DNA of 26,684 bases. Origin: Fimbriimonadia bacterium. Its GTDB lineage: Bacteria; Armatimonadota; Fimbriimonadia; Fimbriimonadales; JABRVX01. Position numbers and translations under genes: made by a program. How positions within the stretch are numbered: the first letter of the stretch is position 1; every line of letters starts with the position of its first letter. The DNA lies in assembly GCA_041483895.1 (NCBI GenBank), contig JBGPGO010000030.1, forward strand, positions 1 to 26,684, given 5' to 3'. The notes under the pieces are model-generated. The model made no database searches. It saw only the letters and a program-made list of their open reading frames with translations, and was not told the origin of the DNA. Below, in pieces: positions 1-8,534 of the stretch.

Positions 1-36
1 CCCTCCCCCGCTTGCGGGGGAGGGTTGGGGTGGGGG
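1..36. repeat. REP-like GC-rich palindrome (11-bp stem) with GGGGTGGGGG tail, inside the glcF reading frame
   Basis: 1-24 reads CCCTCCCCCGC-TT-GCGGGGGAGGG, a perfect inverted repeat, followed by TTGGGGTGGGGG. On the minus strand it translates as PHPNPPPQAGEG. Confidence 0.8.
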
Positions 37-1016
37 TTTTTCACTGCTATTGCCTCCCCCGCTTGCGACTCGGTCAGGAGACCGGTCGCATCGCGATCAG
101 CTACCTCCCCCGCTTGCGACTCGGTCAGGAGACCGGTCGCATCGCGATCGGCTACGTCCTCCGCTTGCGACTCGGTCGGGAGACCGGTCGCATCGCGGGG
201 GCTGAATTGTGCAACCCAACCGTGCATGTCCAGAAACTCCGCGAAGTCGAAGACGGGCAGGCCGCGCCCGATGAGACGCTCGTAGTGCTTCATGTGCGAC
301 CCGCAGCCGGCAGCGACCGACACAACCGCATCGGCATCCGACCAGGCGTCGACGGCGGCCTCGGCCAGTCGTTTTGCCTCGACGGGATAACCCGAATGCT
401 GGTAGAGCGCCCCGCAACAGCCGAGTTCGCTTGCGATCCGAACGTCGAAACCGTTCGCCGCAAGGCAGCGGGCGGCGGCCAAGTTCACTTCCGGAAGCGC
501 GACCCGTTGGGCGCAACCGGCGGGCATCACAATCGACCCACGCTTCGGGCCGATGGCCGGGAAGAACTCCGAAACGTCTAGCTTCCGCACCGTTAAGCTC
601 GGCAGCGGCGCGCCACCCACCCACCGTCCAAGCAGCTTGCCGACGAACGGAAACGCCCGGGTGAGTTTGGCAGCCCGCACGAACCGCTCCGGGGAGGAGG
701 TTGTCGCCAGCAGATTCTTTCGAATCAACCTCTTGGAAAACGGACGCCGCTTCTCAATTTCCGCCCTGGCATTGGCCAGCAATTGTTCGTACGGGACGGG
801 CGAAGGGCAGGCGGTTTCGCACGCGAGGCAGCCGAGGCATGTATCGATGGGGCCCGCAATCTGCTCCCACGTCAAGCGGCCTTCGGCGACGGCGCGCATG
901 GCATAGATCCGGCCTCGCGGACTGTGCAGCTCATTGCCGGTTTCCACAAAGGTAGGACAGCTTTGCAGACATAGCCCGCAATGGATGCATTTTTGGAGGT
1001 CGGGCAGGTCGCTCAT
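1..1016 (-). CDS. glcF: Glycolate oxidase iron-sulfur subunit-like (Fe-S)-binding CCG-domain protein, 3' end outside window
   Basis: Missing from the ORF track because it runs off the edge. Manual translation from ATG at 1016 is open to base 1: MSDLPDLQKCIHCGLCLQSCPT...SPRGRI...DTCLGCLACETACPS (two 4Fe-4S ferredoxin motifs), then GCAQ, GCCGAL and AAGCGSHMKHY of a CCG domain. The start overlaps the glcE stop (ATGA). Confidence 0.88.
   Translation of the reverse strand, partial: MSDLPDLQKCIHCGLCLQSCPTFVETGNELHSPRGRIYAMRAVAEGRLTWEQIAGPIDTCLGCLACETACPSPVPYEQLLANARAEIEKRRPFSKRLIRKNLLATTSSPERFVRAAKLTRAFPFVGKLLGRWVGGAPLPSLTVRKLDVSEFFPAIGPKRGSIVMPAGCAQRVALPEVNLAAARCLAANGFDVRIASELGCCGALYQHSGYPVEAKRLAEAAVDAWSDADAVVSVAAGCGSHMKHYERLIGRGLPVFDFAEFLDMHGWVAQFSPRDATGLPTESQAEDVADRDATGLLTESQAGEVADRDATGLLTESQAGEAIAVKNPHPNPPPQAGE
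53..197. repeat. Tandem repeat, about 2.8 copies of a 51-bp (17-codon) hairpin-containing unit
   Basis: Units at 53-103, 104-154 and 155-197 (GCTTGCGAC recurs at 61, 112 and 163). Each contains GCGAC-T-CGGTC-AGGA-GACCG-GTCGC (loop GGGA in the third) and encodes RDATGL(L/P)TESQA(G/E)(E/D)VAD in glcF. Confidence 0.95.
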
Positions 1017-2137
1017 AGTCCACCGACAAACCGGCCGGCGTTGAACAGTCCGTCGGGGTCGAACACGTTTTTGATTTGCTGCATCAATTTGAAGCCGGTT
1101 CTGGGCGCGGCCCATGGGGCGCCACCGCCGCCTCTTTCGATTCGCCAGCCGTAGCAATTCTCCGTGGCCACGGAAATGGCCGTCGCGGCATCGCCGTCTA
1201 TGTGCCACACGATTCCGCTGAGCGGTCGAATGACGAGCATTGCCTGCGGGTCGGCATCGGATAACCGACGGGCAAATGGGATGGCTCGGCCAACCGGCAT
1301 CGCGAACCGGATGAGGCTCGTCTCGCAAGCCGTCCGCCTTGGTTGGCCTTCACTCGCGCCGGTGAATTCTTTGCAGTAGTCCATCATTGACTGGTGTCCG
1401 GTCAGATCGTACTCGACCGACAGTCGTCCCTCCCATCGGATGACGAACGATACGAGCGAACCCATCTGCCTGTCGGCGTCCAACTGCGCCGCCTCGTCCC
1501 AATTGCTGAGCTCCCGGACGAGGGTTGTTCGCGGCAATTCTGGCTCGACCCGAACCGTCGCGTCCAGGATCAGGCCGAGCGTGCCCCAGGAGCCGCAGAA
1601 CAGCCGGTGGATGTCGTATCCCGCCACGTTCTTGACGACCGGCGCGCCAACTTGGATGCGTTTTCCATAGCCCGTCACCGCTGTTAGTTGCAGCACTCGG
1701 TCGCGGGGCAGGCCGAGGCCGTCTTGGGCCGCGCCTGAGCAGTTGGTCGCGATGGCTCCGCCAAACGTTGCGGGGCCGCCGAATTCCGGCTCGAACGGCA
1801 GCCACTGGTTGTTTTGCGCCAAGACGTTTTGGATGTCTTGCAGCGGTGTGCCGGCTCGGAAGCAGCCGGTCAAATCGGCCGGGTCATATCGGACCGTGCC
1901 GGTCAATCGGGATGTTGAGATTGCTACATCGCATTGCGCGGGAGGGCCGCCGATTGATACGCGGGTTCCCGCGCCGACGACGATGCAATGCAGCCGATCC
2001 CGTTGGATGGCCTCGACGATTGAGACCGCTTCCTCGTCGGTTGCGGGGGCGACGGCCATCTGCGGAACGACGCCGGCGAGCGAGAACCGTTCGGGATCGA
2101 GCCAACCGTCATCGCCGACAGTCTCCCGAAGCGTCAT
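1013..2137 (-). CDS. glcE: FAD-binding oxidoreductase, glycolate oxidase GlcE-like subunit
   Basis: FAD_binding_4-type motifs: YDPADLT..FRAGTPL, ATFGGAIATNCSG, GAPVVKNVAGYDIHRLFCGSWGTLG. C-terminal IKNVFDPDGLFNAGRF. Translationally coupled to the glcF-like gene. Confidence 0.88.
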   Translation of the reverse strand: MTLRETVGDDGWLDPERFSLAGVVPQMAVAPATDEEAVSIVEAIQRDRLHCIVVGAGTRVSIGGPPAQCDVAISTSRLTGTVRYDPADLTGCFRAGTPLQDIQNVLAQNNQWLPFEPEFGGPATFGGAIATNCSGAAQDGLGLPRDRVLQLTAVTGYGKRIQVGAPVVKNVAGYDIHRLFCGSWGTLGLILDATVRVEPELPRTTLVRELSNWDEAAQLDADRQMGSLVSFVIRWEGRLSVEYDLTGHQSMMDYCKEFTGASEGQPRRTACETSLIRFAMPVGRAIPFARRLSDADPQAMLVIRPLSGIVWHIDGDAATAISVATENCYGWRIERGGGGAPWAAPRTGFKLMQQIKNVFDPDGLFNAGRFVGGL

Positions 2138-2210
2138 GGCCCGTCCGGTTGCCCGGTCCGAGGGATTTCGAAGAAGCGCAAGCTAAAGCGCGCGGCTACC
2201 GGGGAGGGGA

Positions 2211-4115
2211 TCATTTCTCTGGAGCCTGGAGGCTGAGGACCGTGTACCGGGCGTGACTGAAGAGCGGCGAGGAGGGCGGCGGATCGATGGTGATGTGGAC
2301 CTTGGCCTTGCCCTTCGTAAATGCGGCGGGGATGAAAAAATCCCGCTCGGCCCAGCGGCAGCTCGTATTTTCCTCCGCCGTGTACCACATCCCAACTTCC
2401 TTGCCGTCCACCAGCACCCGCGCCCGCTGCCTGCCGTGGAATTGGTCGTAGCGCCGGCGCAGTTTGACCCCGATGTTCTCCGGCAGAATCTGCACGTCGA
2501 ATTCCGTCTTCCCCAACGACGAAAACACCTTGTCGGTAACGTCCTGTTTATAGTACTTGCCCTCGAAATGCGACGTCAGGGTCTCCGCTTCGCTTGCGTT
2601 AGTCATCTTCACGTTGTGCCCCGCGCGGGTGTCGGGATCGGAAAGTAGAACCTGGTCGGTGAACAGATATGAGGGACCGCCCGCATAGGTGAACACCGCG
2701 CCTGAGTAGTTGTAGTCTTGCTCGTTCTCGCTCCCATGCTCCGTGCTCCATTGCAGGCCGGCCCCGAACGGCACTCCGACGAAGAATCGATAGAGCGAGC
2801 AGTCGCCGTTATACTGTCCCTGGCGATCGAGCATCTTGACGTAGGGCTCACCATGCATGGGGAGGCTGAAGGGACTGTCCAAGAACTCGTTGGACCATCC
2901 GCCGAGGAAGTCGTCTTCGTGCCCGGTACCGTGGATCGCGGGACTCATCGCGCCATCGACATAGACTCGGACGTCGCCCTCCCACCACCCCTTGTTTCCG
3001 GGGTCACCCGGCTCGATGGCCTGCGCGACGCCGATCACCTTGCCCGCGCCGGACAGCGCCGCATGCTGGAAATCCACGCCTGTCTCAGTAGGATGCTCCT
3101 CATTGAACGCAATGGCGAAGTAGCCGGTTCTTGCTTTCTCCCATCTCTGGCTGCCAAGGCTCACCTCGAGCTTCAGTGCCTGCGGCGCTTCCACCTCGAT
3201 CTTGCAGCCTTCCCAAAACGGCATCGGGATGACCGACACGAGTTTCGTGGCGTCGGCATAGAGGGCGACCGATTTCAGATAGCCGGCGTCCAGCCAGAGG
3301 CCGAAAAAGACGCCGATCGGGACATCCACAAGAGTCTTGCCGTCCCAAGTGCATCGGATGCGACCCTCTCGCAGGGTCTTTTGCGTGAGGGGCTGATCGG
3401 ATCGGAGCGCCAGCCGCGTAATCGAGCCCGGGCCGCTATGGGAAAACGAGGGAGACTTGGCGGCGGCCACCGTCTGCATCTTTCCCGGCAGGCCGACGGG
3501 CCGGCCATCGATTGCGTGCTGCCACAGGTCCCGGACCTTGGCGCTATCCTCCTTGCCGGTCCAGCTTTCAATCTTCGTCCCGAAGGGATACAACTGATAG
3601 AAACAGTTGTAGAACCCGACTCGCTGTTCTGTCGTGATCTTTAGCGATTTGGCAAAGGGCATGGGGAGGTAGCAGGCGTATCCGCCCGTGCTGAGACGGT
3701 TGTCCATCACGAGCGGCGCCAGGAACGGAGCGTGGGTTCCGGAGAACAGATCGTTCGCCTCAATTTCCATTCGCGGCTTCGTCTCGTGATCGAAGTAGAA
3801 GCGAATCTTCCCCCAGTTCAGCTTCCCGTGGCCGCCGGAATCGCTGGTAAACCAAAGGGTATAGAGGCAGCCGGGCTGGTCGGCGTCGAAGATCACGTGC
3901 TCGCCGTGCTCGTCGACGAACAGGCGCGAATACTTTCCCGTGAAGCCGTCGTCGTTTCCGCCCGATCGGTCGAAGCTCGAGAAGTATCGAGTCTCCACGC
4001 CGATTTCGAATGTTGGCCACGATTCGAGCAGATGCTCTAAGCGGGGAAGTCCTACCAGGGGGCCCGCCGTGTCGAGTCGCAGGGCGGCTGTGGCAATTGC
4101 AAGTCCGATCGTCAT
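2211..4115 (-). CDS. DUF2961 / glycoside hydrolase family 172 protein, probably exported
   Basis: SSFDRSGGNDDG, GCLYTLWFT, IRFYFD, YLPMPFAKSLKIT, WWEGD and HGTGHEDDFLGGW match DUF2961/GH172. Start placed at ATG 4115 (MTIGLAIATAAL...) because the longer 4199 start overlaps the divergent gene. Confidence 0.82.
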   Translation of the reverse strand: MTIGLAIATAALRLDTAGPLVGLPRLEHLLESWPTFEIGVETRYFSSFDRSGGNDDGFTGKYSRLFVDEHGEHVIFDADQPGCLYTLWFTSDSGGHGKLNWGKIRFYFDHETKPRMEIEANDLFSGTHAPFLAPLVMDNRLSTGGYACYLPMPFAKSLKITTEQRVGFYNCFYQLYPFGTKIESWTGKEDSAKVRDLWQHAIDGRPVGLPGKMQTVAAAKSPSFSHSGPGSITRLALRSDQPLTQKTLREGRIRCTWDGKTLVDVPIGVFFGLWLDAGYLKSVALYADATKLVSVIPMPFWEGCKIEVEAPQALKLEVSLGSQRWEKARTGYFAIAFNEEHPTETGVDFQHAALSGAGKVIGVAQAIEPGDPGNKGWWEGDVRVYVDGAMSPAIHGTGHEDDFLGGWSNEFLDSPFSLPMHGEPYVKMLDRQGQYNGDCSLYRFFVGVPFGAGLQWSTEHGSENEQDYNYSGAVFTYAGGPSYLFTDQVLLSDPDTRAGHNVKMTNASEAETLTSHFEGKYYKQDVTDKVFSSLGKTEFDVQILPENIGVKLRRRYDQFHGRQRARVLVDGKEVGMWYTAEENTSCRWAERDFFIPAAFTKGKAKVHITIDPPPSSPLFSHARYTVLSLQAPEK

Positions 4116-4185
4116 TGCCGGCTGATTTCCCCGTCTAAGGCGGAAGTCCTGCAGGATTCGAACGAGTATGGGACAATAGAGAGCA

Positions 4186-4968
4186 GTGCTCACTTCCACT
4201 TTTGTCCATTGTCGCGGGGTCGGCAGTCAGACCGAGCAGTCCCTTTGGCGGCAAGGCGCGACCCATTGGGACACCTACCTCGACGACGTGGATCGATGGC
4301 AGGTGCATCCATCGCGCCGTGCGAGCCTGGAATTGGGACTAGACAAGTCGCAACGGGCGCTGGATGCCGGGGAGTTTCAGTATTTTGGGTTGACGCTGCC
4401 GCCGTCGGAGCGGTGGAGGTCCTATCCGGAGTTCCGCGACGGGATCGGCTATTTGGACATCGAGACGGACGGCGGGGTCGAAGCCGAATCGATTACGATG
4501 GTTGGGCTGTATTTCGAGCACAAATTTCAAGTGTTCATCAAAGGCGAGAACCTGGGCAGCTTTCCGGATGCCGTCGAACGCTGCTCGGTGTTGGTGACCT
4601 ACTTCGGGACCGGCTTCGATATCCCCATGCTCAAGAAGGCCTTTCCACAACTGCCGTTCGATCAGATTCACATCGATCTCTGCCCAACTTTGCGAAGGTT
4701 GGGACTTCGAGGCGGGCTCAAGAGCGTCGAGGAGCAGCTTGGCATCTCCCGCGCGTCGGAAACGCAGGGACTGAGTGGTTGGGACGCCGTGCATCTTTGG
4801 CGCCAATATCTGCGGGGGAACGACGGCGCGCTCGATACTCTCATCGCCTACAACCGGGAGGATTGCGTGAACTTGGAATTCTTGATGGCGCATGCGTACG
4901 ATAGGCTTTCCGCCGGTTGCCGGTCCATGATGGGCGCCTATCTGTCCGCGGTGGGGGCGGTGGAGTAA
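4186..4968 (+). CDS. YprB-like RNase H-fold (DnaQ/DEDD-type) 3'-5' exonuclease domain protein
   Basis: GYLDIETDG (Exo I), TYFGTGFDIP (Exo II), HIDL, GGLKSVEEQLGI and YNREDC (Exo III). N-terminal TFVHCRGVG..TEQSLW is a helix-hairpin-helix-like segment. GTG start. Confidence 0.85.
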   Translation: MLTSTFVHCRGVGSQTEQSLWRQGATHWDTYLDDVDRWQVHPSRRASLELGLDKSQRALDAGEFQYFGLTLPPSERWRSYPEFRDGIGYLDIETDGGVEAESITMVGLYFEHKFQVFIKGENLGSFPDAVERCSVLVTYFGTGFDIPMLKKAFPQLPFDQIHIDLCPTLRRLGLRGGLKSVEEQLGISRASETQGLSGWDAVHLWRQYLRGNDGALDTLIAYNREDCVNLEFLMAHAYDRLSAGCRSMMGAYLSAVGAVE

Positions 4969-4971
4969 GGG

Positions 4972-5727
4972 ATGCTCGAAGTATCAGGCCTCACCAAATA
5001 CTATAAAAGAGTCTGTGCCGTCGACGAACTGACCTTCCACGTCAATCCGGGCGAAATCGTCGGACTGTTGGGTCCGAACGGTGCGGGGAAGACCACGGCG
5101 CTGCGCTGTATTGCCGGCATCCTGAGAAGCACTTCGGGAAGCGTGCGTATCTGTGGCAATGATCTTCGGAGCCAACAGAAGCTGGCCAAGATGGCTTTGG
5201 CCTTCGTCCCGGAAACGCCGAGCCTGTACGAGCTTCTCACCGTCCGCGAGCATTTGCGGTTTGTGGCGATGTGCTATGAGTCGCTGGACCAGTATGAGAC
5301 TCTAGGCAGCGAGCTTTTGCGGCGATACGATCTGCACGAAAAAGAGGACGAACTGGTCGCCACTCTCTCCAAAGGAATGAAGCAGAAGCTGGCCGTCGTG
5401 TGCGCGCTCATTCATAACGCCCGCGTCTTCCTGCTGGACGAGCCACTCATCGGAATCGACCCCCGCGGGGCGGCGCAGCTCAAGAATCACTTTCTGGATG
5501 CCGCCCATCAAGGGGGCGCTTCCGTGTTGGTCAGCACCCACCTGCTCGACACGGCGGAGAAGATGTGCGACCGGGTCATCATCATGGCACACGGACGCAA
5601 GATCGAGGACGGAACCTTGGCGGAATTGCGATCGAGGACCGAAGGCGGCGCGGCGGAGTCGTTGGAAGAACTGTTCCTGAAGTTGACGGAAGAGGGGTAT
5701 GAAGCCGCTACTGTTTCTGACATTTAG
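4972..5727 (+). CDS. ABC transporter ATP-binding protein (ABC-2/exporter type)
   Basis: Walker A GPNGAGKT, signature LSKGMKQK, Walker B FLLDEP, H-loop STH, and LEELFLKLT tail. Confidence 0.95.
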   Translation: MLEVSGLTKYYKRVCAVDELTFHVNPGEIVGLLGPNGAGKTTALRCIAGILRSTSGSVRICGNDLRSQQKLAKMALAFVPETPSLYELLTVREHLRFVAMCYESLDQYETLGSELLRRYDLHEKEDELVATLSKGMKQKLAVVCALIHNARVFLLDEPLIGIDPRGAAQLKNHFLDAAHQGGASVLVSTHLLDTAEKMCDRVIIMAHGRKIEDGTLAELRSRTEGGAAESLEELFLKLTEEGYEAATVSDI

Positions 5728-7396
5728 GCAGGCCAAGAACAGCATCATCCGATCGCTCACGTCGGTAAAGCGGCTGATCGGGATCCTTTTCATCGTGCTG
5801 TACTACTATTCGTTCATCTTCCGGCGATTCACAAGCGGAGGAGTTCCGTCACGATTTGCCAGCCCGATGCAGTTGGATTTTCCGGCGACCGACATCATCG
5901 GCGCTGTTGTTTTTGGCGGCTCGCTTGTGGTGATGATGCTGTTCTGGCTCTCGTTGGGGGTCCAGCGCGGCGGGTTTCGCTCGGCGGATGTGGACATGCT
6001 TTTTCCGACCCCGGTCAACCCGCGAATCGTGCTGTTTTTCCGCATGATTCGAGAGAACATCGCCGCCTTGTTGCTGCCGCTGCTCCTGGTCATCTTCGGC
6101 GGGCCGGCCTTGGGCGGTCAGATCCGGATGCTGTTCCGGCACGTGCCCAACCCGGACGCATTGAGCCAGGCGGGACGTTGGCTGCTGCTGGCGTGGCTGC
6201 TCACCCAAGTGTTCTGGATCTCCGCGAGCTATGCGTATGCGCTGTGGGCCTACCGGTTCGACGAAAAGACCTGGCAGCGGCGAATCGCGGGATGGTCCTC
6301 TTTTGGGGCGCTCGCCATCATCGTCGGATATGTCTCTTTGCTGTTTCGGCAGCCCGACGCATCGGCCCACACGTTTATGGACGCCGCACTTCATGGCCCT
6401 CTCCGACTCATTTTCCCGATGGCGTCCGGCGCGGCGAACATCGCTATGGCGCCAGTGACCGGTGATACGATCCTGGCAATCCTAGCGGGGATCGGGTTGC
6501 TGGCAGCCGCCGGCGCGTTGATCTGGGCCGCGATGCTAAACGTCGCCTACATGTACGAACACGCAGCCCTGACGACATCGTCGATCGAGACCGCGCGGTC
6601 GGCAATCCGCGCCGGCGACCTGATGGCCTCCTTCAAAATTCGGGCTGCGGAAGGCAAGGTCAAGGTGCGCCACATCCGGTGGGTGGACCGGCTCCGTTGG
6701 CAGGGGCCGATGGCGGTGGTGTGGAAGGAGCTGATCCTGAACATCCGGACATCGCTGCCGTCTATGACCGTCTTTTTGGTTTTGGGGCTTGTCTACTCGC
6801 TCCTTCCTATCCTCGCCGCCCGTGCCGAGCGGCCTGGCAACGACGACTTCCGAATGCTGGTGGGTATTGCGCTTGGAACTTCGCCGTTCATAGTGTGGAT
6901 GACGGCATGGACGATGAGCCGATCCGGCTTTGTCGAGGTGCTGAAGCGGGTTGACGCTGACAAAGCGCTCCCGTTTTCCCTCAGCCAATTCCTCTTCGCG
7001 CAGTCCACGATCCGGAATCTGGAGGCGTGCCTGATCGGGTGGCTGATCGTGGTTGGCGTCATCATCGCCCGCCCGGATATGGCACATCCGGCCCTGTCTG
7101 TCGGAGTGCTCCTGCTGCCGTTTTGCTTTGTGGTGTCAAGCGTCGTTCTGTTCTTTATGCTTCTGTTTCCGGACATTGAAGACATGTCCCAGCGCACGTT
7201 CCGGGAGATGCTGACCCTGATCGTGATGGCCATTGCGATGGTTCCCGGCATCATTTTTGGCGGATTTGTGTTGTTCAATTTTGAGAGCATGTACTGGCTG
7301 GCGGCTCTGGTGATGAGCCTCGCGAACACCGCTGTTGCGTTCCTCGTGATGATGATGTGCGCTGAACTGTATGCCGTCCACAACCCGAGCGAATAG
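5699..7396 (+). CDS. Putative ABC exporter permease (multi-pass membrane protein)
   Basis: 565 aa with many hydrophobic segments in two halves. F...DVDMLFPTPV and 'AVVWKELI' motifs are typical of double ABC-2-like exporter membrane subunits. Overlaps the ATPase gene by 29 bp. Confidence 0.8.
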   Translation: MKPLLFLTFRQAKNSIIRSLTSVKRLIGILFIVLYYYSFIFRRFTSGGVPSRFASPMQLDFPATDIIGAVVFGGSLVVMMLFWLSLGVQRGGFRSADVDMLFPTPVNPRIVLFFRMIRENIAALLLPLLLVIFGGPALGGQIRMLFRHVPNPDALSQAGRWLLLAWLLTQVFWISASYAYALWAYRFDEKTWQRRIAGWSSFGALAIIVGYVSLLFRQPDASAHTFMDAALHGPLRLIFPMASGAANIAMAPVTGDTILAILAGIGLLAAAGALIWAAMLNVAYMYEHAALTTSSIETARSAIRAGDLMASFKIRAAEGKVKVRHIRWVDRLRWQGPMAVVWKELILNIRTSLPSMTVFLVLGLVYSLLPILAARAERPGNDDFRMLVGIALGTSPFIVWMTAWTMSRSGFVEVLKRVDADKALPFSLSQFLFAQSTIRNLEACLIGWLIVVGVIIARPDMAHPALSVGVLLLPFCFVVSSVVLFFMLLFPDIEDMSQRTFREMLTLIVMAIAMVPGIIFGGFVLFNFESMYWLAALVMSLANTAVAFLVMMMCAELYAVHNPSE

Positions 7397-7439
7397 CCTT
7401 CGGTACAATGCCTCTATTGCCGACCGAAAGGAACCCGAC

Positions 7440-8531
7440 TTGAAACTCGACGATGTTTTGCTCATGGGACCCGGACCGAGCGCCATGCATCCCGCCGTTT
7501 TGGAGACGCTTTCTTGCCCCATCCGGGGAATCGGCGACCCGGAGCTGTTTGAGGCCCGGAAGCAGGTGTCCCGCAGTCTCCGGCCGCTCCTTGGCACGCG
7601 AAATGAGAAGACCTTTTGCATCCCATCGTCCGGAATGGGGGGAATGGAGGCGGGCTTCGTCAACTTCTGCCAGCCGGGAGAGCGCGTTGTGGTTTGTACC
7701 AATGGCTTCTTTGGGGAGCGGATGATTGAGTTGGCGAATCGGCGCGGGCTGGACGTGACCTCAGTTCGCGCCGAATGGGGCACGCCCTTCGACAGGCAGG
7801 CTATCCGGGACGCACTTGGGAACGGACCCGCGCCCACGATGCTGGCCATCGTCCTCGCCGAAACATCGACTGGCTTCCATAACGACATGTCCGGCCTTGG
7901 GGACCTGGCTCACGAGCATGGCGCGCTGCTGATGGTGGATGTGGTGGCCGGAGTCGGCGGGATGCCTGTGGACGCGGATACACACGGCATCGACTATGCC
8001 TATGGCGCGGCGCAAAAGTGCGTCGGCTCCCCGCCGTGCCTCGCGATGGTTACGCTGAGTGACGAGGCCTGGGAGCGGCTCAAAAGCCAAAAGCGATGCG
8101 CCAGCTTTTATCTGGATCTCGAAATGATTGGAAACTATTGGCTGGAAATGACAACCTACCATCAGACGCCCAGCTCGCCGCTGATCTACAGCCTTCTCAC
8201 CGCGCTGGAGCTGATTGAGGCCGAAGGGCTGGAGGCGCGGTTCAAGCGGCATCGGGAAGTCAGCGCGGAGCTGCGGAGCCGCCTAACGGATTTAGGCATC
8301 ACGGTTCGAGTGCCCGCTGAGCATCGAATGCCCATGATGACCGTCGCCGGCCTGCCCGATAAAGTGGAGGCCAAGAGCGTGGTCACCCGGCTTCGGCAGG
8401 AATACAAGATTGAAATCGGCTCCAGCCTCGGACCCACGCCTGCAAATGACGTCCGAATCGGCACGATGGGATACGCCGGGCGAATGGAGAACGTAGAGAA
8501 GTTGGTGTTGGCGTTGAGCGACATCCTTTAA
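7440..8531 (+). CDS. Class V PLP-dependent aminotransferase (alanine/serine-glyoxylate aminotransferase family)
   Basis: LLMGPGPS, SSGMGGMEAG, NGFFGERM, AETSTG, VDVVAG, and PLP-lysine motif AQKC, plus YHQTP and RIGTMG. Start placed at TTG 7440 after an SD-like GAAAGGA; the ORF-track start 7371 overlaps the upstream gene. Confidence 0.9.
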   Translation: MKLDDVLLMGPGPSAMHPAVLETLSCPIRGIGDPELFEARKQVSRSLRPLLGTRNEKTFCIPSSGMGGMEAGFVNFCQPGERVVVCTNGFFGERMIELANRRGLDVTSVRAEWGTPFDRQAIRDALGNGPAPTMLAIVLAETSTGFHNDMSGLGDLAHEHGALLMVDVVAGVGGMPVDADTHGIDYAYGAAQKCVGSPPCLAMVTLSDEAWERLKSQKRCASFYLDLEMIGNYWLEMTTYHQTPSSPLIYSLLTALELIEAEGLEARFKRHREVSAELRSRLTDLGITVRVPAEHRMPMMTVAGLPDKVEAKSVVTRLRQEYKIEIGSSLGPTPANDVRIGTMGYAGRMENVEKLVLALSDIL

Positions 8532-8534
8532 ACT

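Noticed and set aside
53..197. Possible CRISPR array
   Set aside because: The units are near-identical over their whole length with no unique spacers, lie in frame within glcF, and no cas genes are present.
12..974. Plus-strand ORFs 12..581, 553..906 etc. and minus-strand ORF 97..624
   Set aside because: Shadow or alternate frames of glcF, which has clear Fe-S and CCG motifs.
4116..4199. Extended start of the GH172 ORF
   Set aside because: Overlaps the divergent exonuclease start and removes the promoter gap. ATG 4115 is more plausible.
4186..4968. Exonuclease as a Cas4 or defence-system component
   Set aside because: Motifs are DEDD/RNase H-like rather than Cas4 PD-(D/E)xK with Fe-S cysteines, and there is no defence context.
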